Origin: a bacterium
Lineage (GTDB): Bacteria; Patescibacteriota; UBA1384; DTJR01
Assembly (NCBI GenBank): GCA_043823315.1
Contig: JBDRAU010000082.1
Coordinates: 1 to 45,309 of the forward strand
Direction: 5' to 3'
DNA length: 45,309 bases
Below the pieces are notes generated by a model, which was given only the letters and a program-made list of their open reading frames with translations, was not told the origin of the DNA and made no database searches. Positions 37,783-44,161 of the stretch are shown here, in pieces; within the stretch, counting starts at the first letter, position 1; each line of letters opens with the position of its first letter. The translations under genes were made by a program, and so were the position numbers.

Positions 37783-38343
37783 TTAGGGAAATGGAAGTTC
37801 CCCTGCGCGAATAACCCTAGGTTCGTTAGTTCTAATGTCAACAACGGTAGAAGGTTTTCGGGGTTTAAAGGATGGGTGTTCTATAATTAAATCCGCCTTA
37901 AGGTAAATCTTGGCGTGAAGGTTTTTTATACTTGTGGCTGGATTTGTTCCGGTTAAATTTGCTGAGGTGGCGGTAGTTGGTTTTCCAAAAGCCCCTGTAA
38001 TTTCCGTTATTATTGTATTTTTGGGAATTCGTACCGATGCATCGTCTGAAATTATGAAAGTAAATGGTCCAGGAAGATATTTCTCCAATATTTTCTCTTG
38101 ATTCTCGGATAACTCGATATATTTTTTCACCATATTTAAATCAGCAAAATTATATGAGAATTTTTGATCGGACCTGCGACCCTTGATGTCTTCTAGTCGC
38201 GTTATGGCTTCTGCGTTTGTCCCATCGACAGCAACTCCATAAACTGTATCCGAAGGGTAAACGACGATGCCACCGCTAGCGAGTACCTTGATTGCCTTAT
38301 CTAAAATTTTCTTATGATTAACTTCTGACAAAACTATCTGCAT
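37783..38343 (-). CDS. tsaC: L-threonylcarbamoyladenylate synthase (TsaC/YrdC/Sua5 family, single domain)
   Basis: 186 aa with LASGGIVVYPSDTVYGVAVD, GKPTTATSANLTG and STVVDI. Confidence 0.85.
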   Translation of the reverse strand: MQIVLSEVNHKKILDKAIKVLASGGIVVYPSDTVYGVAVDGTNAEAITRLEDIKGRRSDQKFSYNFADLNMVKKYIELSENQEKILEKYLPGPFTFIISDDASVRIPKNTIITEITGAFGKPTTATSANLTGTNPATSIKNLHAKIYLKADLIIEHPSFKPRKPSTVVDIRTNEPRVIRAGELPFP

Positions 38344-38426
38344 CTCTTGATTATCTTCTCCTTTAAATATAAAATGGCTTTTGAAGCCATAATCATTCTA
38401 GCTTGAAATTGCGGTCTTGACAATAT

Positions 38427-38502
38427 GGGCCATTAGCTCAGTTGGTAGAGCGCATCATTCGCATTGATGAGGTCGCCGGTTCGAATCCGGCATGGTCCAC
38501 CA
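38427..38502 (+). tRNA. tRNA-Ala (anticodon CGC), CCA encoded
   Basis: GGGCCATTAGCTCAGTTGGTAGAGCGCATCATTCGCATTGATGAGGTCGCCGGTTCGAATCCGGCATGGTCCACCA folds into a canonical cloverleaf. The anticodon loop is UUCGCAU and the G3:U70 pair is present. Confidence 0.92.
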
Positions 38503-38535
38503 ATAATACGCCTATTTTTTTGATACAATAAACCT

Positions 38536-40017
38536 ATGGAAAATAAAAAAGAGCGGGAATCGAGGCAGGACAAGCTTGATGCTATTATTAAATCTGGAAT
38601 AAATCCGTATCCCTCCAAAACCAACCGCAATACCTCGATTCAAAAAGCCAAAAAATCCAAAGATGATAATCTGATTGTTGCAGGTAAAATCGTTTCCGTT
38701 CGTTCTCACGGCAAATCTACATTTATAGATCTTCAGGATGAAAGTGATCTGATCCAGGTTTACTTCAAACTCGACACAATCGGAGAGGAAAAATATACTT
38801 TTCTAAAGAATGTCGAAGTAGGGGATTACATCGAAGCGCGCGGAGGAGTATTTAAAACAAAGACAGGGGAACTGACTATTGCCGCCAAGGACTACGCGAT
38901 TTTATCCAAGTCGCTCCTTCCCGTACCCGATAAGTGGTATGGACTAAAAGATACCGAAATCCGATACCGCAAAAGATATCTCGATCTTATAATGAATCCT
39001 GATGTCAAAAAAAATATCGAGACAAGATCGAAGATAATTGGTACTCTGAGATCCTTCATGCAGGAAAATGGTTTTCTAGAGGTAGAAACACCGATCCTAC
39101 AAGCCATTCCCGGTGGTGCATCAGCCAAACCATTTATCACTAAATACAACATCTTGAAACAGGACATGTATCTTAGGATTGCACCTGAACTATTTCTAAA
39201 GCGGTTAATCGTTGGGGGATTCGAGAAGGTTTTTGAAATTGGGCGCCAATTCAGAAACGAAGGAGTTTCGCACATGCACAATCCAGAATTTACCTCTATC
39301 GAATTTTACTGGGCATACCAGGATTACGAAGGTCTGATGAAGTTTACCGAAGAATTAACAAGCAATTTGGTCGTGGAAGTGAAGGGATCGCTTAAGGTAA
39401 TATATCAAAAAGAAGAACTTAATTTCGCTCCTCCCTATCCACGCATTACCTTCGATGCACTTATCGAAAAGGATTGTGGAATAAACATTTATAAATACCC
39501 AACTTTCGACAAACTTAAAGGAGAAGTACAAAAGAAGAAAATAGATATTGATCTTAAAAATATAAAGGTTTGGCCCAAACTTGTAGATGAGCTTTACAAA
39601 AAAGTATCTCGGCCCAAAATAATACAGCCAACTTTTGTAATAGATCATCCACTCGTACTTGTCCCGCTTGCTAAAGCCAAAGAGGACGAACCGCAAAAAT
39701 CTCAAACTTTTCAACTTGTCTGTGGCGGGGGATTTGAAATTCTTAAAGCATATTCAGAACAAAATGATCCTAAAGTACAAGAGGAAAAGTTTAAAGAGCA
39801 AGTTAAATTGTCCAAAGCAGGATGGGATGAGTCCAACATGATGGATAATGAATATGTAGAAGCCCTGAAGTATGGTATGCCGCCAACGGCCGGATGGGGA
39901 ATGGGGATTGAGAGAATCGCAATGATTTTGACAGACCAGCATTCAATCAAGGAAATTATTGCCTTTCCTACTTTAAAAAACAATTCTTCGACCTCGATAA
40001 AGACCAAGAAGAAGTGA
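38536..40017 (+). CDS. lysS: Lysine--tRNA ligase (class II)
   Basis: 493 aa with an N-terminal OB anticodon-binding domain. Class II motifs are RKRYLDL, FLEVETPIL, FRNEGVSHMHNPEFTSIEFY and GWGMGIERIAM. Confidence 0.95.
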   Translation: MENKKERESRQDKLDAIIKSGINPYPSKTNRNTSIQKAKKSKDDNLIVAGKIVSVRSHGKSTFIDLQDESDLIQVYFKLDTIGEEKYTFLKNVEVGDYIEARGGVFKTKTGELTIAAKDYAILSKSLLPVPDKWYGLKDTEIRYRKRYLDLIMNPDVKKNIETRSKIIGTLRSFMQENGFLEVETPILQAIPGGASAKPFITKYNILKQDMYLRIAPELFLKRLIVGGFEKVFEIGRQFRNEGVSHMHNPEFTSIEFYWAYQDYEGLMKFTEELTSNLVVEVKGSLKVIYQKEELNFAPPYPRITFDALIEKDCGINIYKYPTFDKLKGEVQKKKIDIDLKNIKVWPKLVDELYKKVSRPKIIQPTFVIDHPLVLVPLAKAKEDEPQKSQTFQLVCGGGFEILKAYSEQNDPKVQEEKFKEQVKLSKAGWDESNMMDNEYVEALKYGMPPTAGWGMGIERIAMILTDQHSIKEIIAFPTLKNNSSTSIKTKKK

Positions 40018-40484
40018 TCTATTATTTAGTTGGTGCAATTGTTCTGATGCTTATCGGAATTATAGGTGTTGTCCTTCCCGTACTTCCGGGACTTCCCCTG
40101 ATGTTTGTAGTGGCCCTCGTTTTTCACTTTTTTGTAAAACCTCTCTCGCTTTGGGCAATCGGAGTTTTTGCTTTGATCACTGCCATCTCTTTTTTAATAG
40201 ACCATCTGAGCGGAGTTTTGGGATCAAAGTTTTTTGGCGCAAGTAGAAGGTCCATGCTTATCGGGTTTGTAGCAATGCTGGTCGGACTTATCATATTTCC
40301 ACCATTTGGAGCTATTATTGGCCTTTTTGCAGGAATATTCGCAAGTGAGTTAATTTCTAAAAAAGATGAGCGCAAAGCTCTAAAAGCCGCCTCGGGTGGC
40401 CTTTTGTCTGTTGTCCTAGGCATTATTTTAAATCTAATTCTTGCGATCGGATTCTTTGTAATATTTCTGGTTAGTGCTATTTAG
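40014..40484 (+). CDS. DUF456-family small membrane protein
   Basis: 156 aa with 4 TM helices. The N-terminal GVVLPVLPGLPLMF motif is typical of DUF456. It overlaps the lysS stop. Confidence 0.6.
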   Translation: MIYYLVGAIVLMLIGIIGVVLPVLPGLPLMFVVALVFHFFVKPLSLWAIGVFALITAISFLIDHLSGVLGSKFFGASRRSMLIGFVAMLVGLIIFPPFGAIIGLFAGIFASELISKKDERKALKAASGGLLSVVLGIILNLILAIGFFVIFLVSAI

Positions 40485-40492
40485 TCAACATT

Positions 40493-40703
40493 GTCATTGC
40501 GCCTGCCCACCTTTGGCGGGAGTGTACACACGCGGCAATCTAATTCGGAGCTCAAGCTTCAGTTTGTTTATCGTCATTGCGCGGTTTGGGGGCGGAACCC
40601 AAACCTAATGCGCTTAATCCGAAGCAATCTATGGAGCTCAAACTTCAGCTTGCTTATTGTCATTGCGAGGTAATCCGAAGCAATCTATGGAGCCCAGATT
40701 TTC
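40493..40703. repeat. Cluster 2 of the repeat family, head-to-tail tandem (units about 80, 86 and a partial)
   Basis: GTCATTGCG occurs at 40493, 40573 and 40659. The block (C/A)GCAATCTAaTtCGGAGCTCAAgCTTCAGtTTGtTTATcGTCATTGCG is repeated. Confidence 0.9.
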
Positions 40704-40889
40704 TTGCCCTGCCGTAGCTCGAAGAGCGAAGGAGGGAGCTTGTTCCAGCACACTAAATCGTGAGCTCCGGCTTTTGGAACTTCTCGACTCTCCGGAGTTT
40801 ACCCCGTTTTTATAACGGGGACTTGCTCGAAGAATAAATTCAAAATTTTCTTTTAAATTAAATATCTCAATTGTTTCTCGAGCAAAACA

Positions 40890-40923
40890 ATATGACTAAT
40901 TGACGACCGTCAATTAGTCATAT
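40890..40923. promoter_or_regulatory. 34-nt perfect palindrome (16-bp arms, 2-nt centre) upstream of truB
   Basis: ATATGACTAATTGACG-AC-CGTCAATTAGTCATAT, verified base by base. It lies 45 nt (or 120 nt) upstream of the alternative truB starts. Confidence 0.6.
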
Positions 40924-41042
40924 TTTCTACTTGTTTGTTTAAGCAACGAAAATGATACAATAAATTTATGCTTGACCAAGGAATTTACCCCCACACCAAA
41001 AGTAAAACAAACAATTTCAAACCAAAATCAATCGGTTTTGGT

Positions 41043-41669
41043 ATGGGGGTGTACAACATCTACAAACCCAAAGGCCCAACCTCTTATGACATAATTCGTC
41101 AAATCAAAAGAGATGCAGCCGATAAGAAAATCGGGCACGGTGGTACGCTCGATCCTTTAGCCTCGGGAGTATTGATCGTGGCGATTGGTCGTGAATTTAC
41201 CAAACAGCTTGATGAGATATCACGCGGTGAAAAAGAGTACGAAGCAACCATAAAGCTAGGTCAAACCAGCACCACTCAGGATGAAGAAGGTGAAAAAACA
41301 AATTTTGATGTCGATAAAGTTCCAAACCGAGCAAGTGTCGAGAAAGTCCTAAATGAATTTACTGGCAAAGTAAAGCAAATCCCGTCACAGTTTAGTGCCT
41401 TAAAAATTAAGGGCCAACCTGCTTACAAACTTGCAAGACGCGGAGAAAAGGTAGAACTCAAGGAAAGAGAAATCGAAATCAGGAAAATCGAACTCATAAG
41501 CTATAAATACCCGATACTGAAAATTAGAGTAATATGTTCAAGCGGAACTTACATTCGAACTCTCGCAAACGACATCGGCATTAAACTTAAAACAGGCGGA
41601 TATCTCTCTGATTTGGTTAGAACAAGAGTATCAGGATTTAAACTAGGTGAATCAATAAAAATCGAATAA
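41043..41669 (+). CDS. truB: tRNA pseudouridine(55) synthase, short form without PUA domain
   Basis: Contains YKPKGPTSYDIIRQIK, GHGGTLDPLASGVLIV (catalytic Asp), FSALKIKGQPAYKLAR and GTYIRTLANDIG. I place the start at ATG 41043 (MGVYNIYKPKG); the ORF-track start at 40968 adds 25 atypical residues. Confidence 0.88.
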   Translation: MGVYNIYKPKGPTSYDIIRQIKRDAADKKIGHGGTLDPLASGVLIVAIGREFTKQLDEISRGEKEYEATIKLGQTSTTQDEEGEKTNFDVDKVPNRASVEKVLNEFTGKVKQIPSQFSALKIKGQPAYKLARRGEKVELKEREIEIRKIELISYKYPILKIRVICSSGTYIRTLANDIGIKLKTGGYLSDLVRTRVSGFKLGESIKIE

Positions 41670-41670
41670 T

Positions 41671-42456
41671 ATGTGTATTAGCTTTAAAAAAGGAATGGCT
41701 TCTGAAAAGAGAACTCTAGAATGGTGTCTTGAAAATTATCCGAATCATATAAGGTCAGTTAAGCGAATGATCGGAGCAATCAAGACAAAAATTGACATAA
41801 ATCCTAATTCCAAAATACTCGAGATAGGTGCAGCGCAAGGAATGACTATATTTGCCCTGAAAGGACTTGGATACAAGGACGTTAGCGGAATTGAACCATT
41901 TCGCGAAGCAACAGAAGTTTTAAAAAAATTATCCAGCAAATTAAATATGATAGTTGATATTAAGTGTGAATCTGCCGAAAACACTAATCTAAGACCGAAC
42001 GAATATGATCTAATTATTGCGACAAGCGTTATGGAGCATGTAAGCAATGATCGAAAGGTTTTTGATAAGGTTTTTAAGTCTCTGAAACCTGGTGGGGCTT
42101 TTTATTTCACCTCTGCCTCAACGCTTTGCCTCTACCAGGGCGAAATAAGGCTCTTTCCTTTCTTTAGTTGGTATCCGGATAAACTAAAAAAATCCATAAT
42201 CCTTTGGGCATCCAAAAAGCACCCTGCTTTAGTAAATTATACAAAAACCCCAGCCATCAATTGGTATTCGCCCAGAAAAGTTAGAAAAATTGCCAATAAT
42301 CTTGGATTTAAGCAAATACTCAATAGATGGGACTTAATCACTCCAGAATATGGGGCAAAGAAGAATATCATTGTCAAGATAGGTAAGTCATGTCGGTTAA
42401 TGGGTTTGTTAATAGACTGTGTGATTCCTACGTGTAGGTTCCTCCTGATTAAATAA
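41671..42456 (+). CDS. Class I SAM-dependent methyltransferase
   Basis: Contains motif I ILEIGAAQGMT, the acidic post-I residue in VSGIEP, and motif LKPGGAFYF. Confidence 0.6.
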   Translation: MCISFKKGMASEKRTLEWCLENYPNHIRSVKRMIGAIKTKIDINPNSKILEIGAAQGMTIFALKGLGYKDVSGIEPFREATEVLKKLSSKLNMIVDIKCESAENTNLRPNEYDLIIATSVMEHVSNDRKVFDKVFKSLKPGGAFYFTSASTLCLYQGEIRLFPFFSWYPDKLKKSIILWASKKHPALVNYTKTPAINWYSPRKVRKIANNLGFKQILNRWDLITPEYGAKKNIIVKIGKSCRLMGLLIDCVIPTCRFLLIK

Positions 42457-42498
42457 ATCTAATAATATGAAAAATATGTTGGTGTTTTTGATTATCTA

Positions 42499-42527
42499 GT
42501 GACAAACGTTAAACAATGTGCTATAAT
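42499..42527 (+). promoter_or_regulatory. Candidate csp promoter GTGACA-N17-TGcTATAAT (extended -10)
   Basis: GTGACA lies at 42499-42504 and TATAAT at 42522-42527, preceded by TG at 42519-42520. This leaves a roughly 90-nt AT-rich 5' UTR, as is typical for cold-shock genes. Confidence 0.45.
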
Positions 42528-42620
42528 AAAGTTACATTTTAGTATTAAACAAGTAGCGTAGTCGAACTATTTTTTTAAAAAAGTCTAAATGTAAAAGTAG
42601 TAAATTAAGAGATATATATT

Positions 42621-42875
42621 ATGCAAACAGGAACAATCAAACGTTTGACTGATCGTGGATTCGGTTTCATAGCTATCGAAGGAAATGACAAGGATTTATT
42701 CTTTCATTCCAACGAGCTTAAGGGCGTAACTTTCGAAGAATTGAAAGAGGGCGACAAAGTCCAATTCGAAATTACCGGTAGCGACAAAGGCGACAATGCC
42801 ACGAACGTGTCTAGAGCAGATGCATCAGCACCAGCTGAAGAAGCAGAAGCAACAGACGCGCCAGCAGCCGAATAA
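42621..42875 (+). CDS. cspA: Cold-shock domain protein with Ala/Glu-rich C-terminal tail
   Basis: Begins MQTGTIKRLTDRGFGFIAIEG and contains DLFFHSNEL (RNP1/RNP2-like motifs). Confidence 0.92.
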   Translation: MQTGTIKRLTDRGFGFIAIEGNDKDLFFHSNELKGVTFEELKEGDKVQFEITGSDKGDNATNVSRADASAPAEEAEATDAPAAE

Positions 42876-42891
42876 TTTAATTATTCAAAAC

Positions 42892-42926
42892 AAAAAACGC
42901 CCTTCAGTTAGTCGGGCGTTTTTTGT
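42892..42926. terminator. Bidirectional intrinsic terminator between convergent csp and the zinc-ribbon gene
   Basis: AAAAAACGCCC-TTCAGTTAGTC-GGGCGTTTTTTG: a GC stem is flanked by an A-run on one side and a T-run on the other. Confidence 0.8.
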
Positions 42927-42939
42927 ATTTTTACTCGAT

Positions 42940-43113
42940 TTATTCTTCTTCGGCTTTTTTCTTAGGAAGAATCTTACACATTTTGCAGCCGCAAGTTGTG
43001 CACTCACCCTTGGCCATGCGTCCACCGTTTTTCATAGTTGACACTTCGATATCCTTCATTTCTCGAGTGTCCTTGCATCTCATGCAACGTCCAGTCGTCT
43101 TTTCTTCTGCCAT
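42940..43113 (-). CDS. Small zinc-ribbon protein (DUF5679-like), 57 aa; not in the ORF track
   Basis: Hand translation gives MAEEKTTGRCMRCKDTREMKDIEVSTMKNGGRMAKGECTTCGCKMCKILPKKKAEEE*. GGAGA lies 6 nt upstream of the ATG. The CxxC-x23-CxxC layout resembles DUF5679 proteins. Confidence 0.65.
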   Translation of the reverse strand: MAEEKTTGRCMRCKDTREMKDIEVSTMKNGGRMAKGECTTCGCKMCKILPKKKAEEE

Positions 43114-43244
43114 GTGATCTCCTACGTTATTTTTACCTCTTGAGTATACACAGACAATATTAAACTATCAACTGCATTATCGTCAAATTAAACTTTTGAT
43201 AAAATTCTGGTAAAATACCTTTATAAACATAAGGAGGGTATATT

Positions 43245-43412
43245 ATGTCAATCGTAGAAGAATCGGAATTCAAGGGGAATAAGATGATCGTGATAAAGAA
43301 TAGAGAGGACGATCAGTATCCATTTCAGTTCGGTGTCAAAAAAGCGAAATTAGTTCTAGAGAATATAGAAGAGATCAAGAAGTTTGTCGAGAAATACGAC
43401 AAAGGGGAATAA
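43245..43412 (+). CDS. Small conserved-looking hypothetical protein, 55 aa; not in the ORF track
   Basis: Hand translation gives MSIVEESEFKGNKMIVIKNREDDQYPFQFGVKKAKLVLENIEEIKKFVEKYDKGE*. A strong AAGGAGGG lies 6 nt upstream, and an extended -10 TGgTAAAAT lies at 43208-43216. Confidence 0.55.
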   Translation: MSIVEESEFKGNKMIVIKNREDDQYPFQFGVKKAKLVLENIEEIKKFVEKYDKGE

Positions 43413-43632
43413 GCTACCACCACTCTTATATCGTGTAAATAACTATATCGGCTCTCAAAAGTCCAATATGTTAGCATATGTCAGTAGATTCGCCACACTC
43501 TTGCACTCGTGTTTTTCTTGCTTTATAATTGAAGTAGTTAAGGAGGGTATTGAGGGTAAAAGTCTCTAAAATTTTTCGATATCCCGCCCAAATGTTTAGT
43601 TTGGTGTGGTTTTATGTGCGGTTTTTGGTGGT

Positions 43633-44134
43633 GTCATCCCGCGGTTTATTCTTGTCATTGCGAGCTTTTTCTTCGTCACAGTATGCTTTTTTTCTGTCAT
43701 TGCGAGCCGGTACTCCGGCGCGGCAATCTCACAACCTAGATCGCCACGGCAGTAGCCTCGCGATGACAACAAGGTGTGGTGTCATTGCGCGGAATTTTGT
43801 TGTCATTGCGAGCTCTGCGAAGCAATCTGCTCCGTGTCATCCCGCACCCTCCCCGTGTCATTCTGAGCAACGCGAAGAATCTCTCGCGTATGCGAGCTCT
43901 GGCATTCGCTCCTCGAGTCTGAGCGACCTCGGAGTCGAAGACCAGGGATCCTTATGGATAGATCAGGTTTGCCGCTTAGGAATTTTGCGATTCCACCTCG
44001 CAAAAGCTCTCGCAAACCGCAGGATGACACACAGATTGCCACGTCGCCGAATACGGCTCCTCGCAATGACAACAAGGTGTGGTGTCATTGCGCGGTTGGT
44101 TTGTCATTGCGAGCTAATGCGAAGCAATCTGTGG
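43633..44134. repeat. Cluster 3 of the repeat family: about 500 bp of nested or juxtaposed palindromic elements
   Basis: Core variants are GTCATCCCGCGG (43633), GTCATTGCGAGC (43654, 43696, 43802, 44103), GTCATTGCGCGG (43781, 44084), GTCATCCCGCAC (43846) and GTCATTCTGAGC (43857). Inverted ends lie at 43757-43768 and 44060-44071. Confidence 0.9.
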
Positions 44135-44161
44135 TTTGGTGTGTGTTTGAAAATTAAATCA

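Noticed and set aside
38403-38426. A promoter for tRNA-Ala(CGC) built from the TTGAAA and TTGACA hexamers just upstream.
   Set aside because: Hexamer spacing to any -10-like element is wrong (about 12 nt), and TTGACA sits only 5 nt from the mature 5' end. I could not define a convincing -35/-10 pair.
40491-40673. ORF 40491-40673 (+, 60 aa).
   Set aside because: It lies entirely within repeat cluster 2 and is a translation artefact of the tandem units.
43384-43569. ORF 43384-43569 (+, 61 aa).
   Set aside because: It has a TTG start inside the better-supported 55-aa gene (43245-43412), in another frame. It has no SD sequence and the peptide is not protein-like.
37198-44134. I considered whether the three repeat clusters are CRISPR arrays.
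   Set aside because: The spacing between core motifs is irregular (19 to about 130 nt). Copies occur in both orientations as inverted termini of palindromic elements. The 'spacers' share conserved motifs, and no cas gene is present in the window.
43803-44157. ORFs 43803-44075 (-, 90 aa) and 43954-44157 (+, 67 aa).
   Set aside because: They lie inside repeat cluster 3, overlap each other on opposite strands, and have no ribosome-binding sites.
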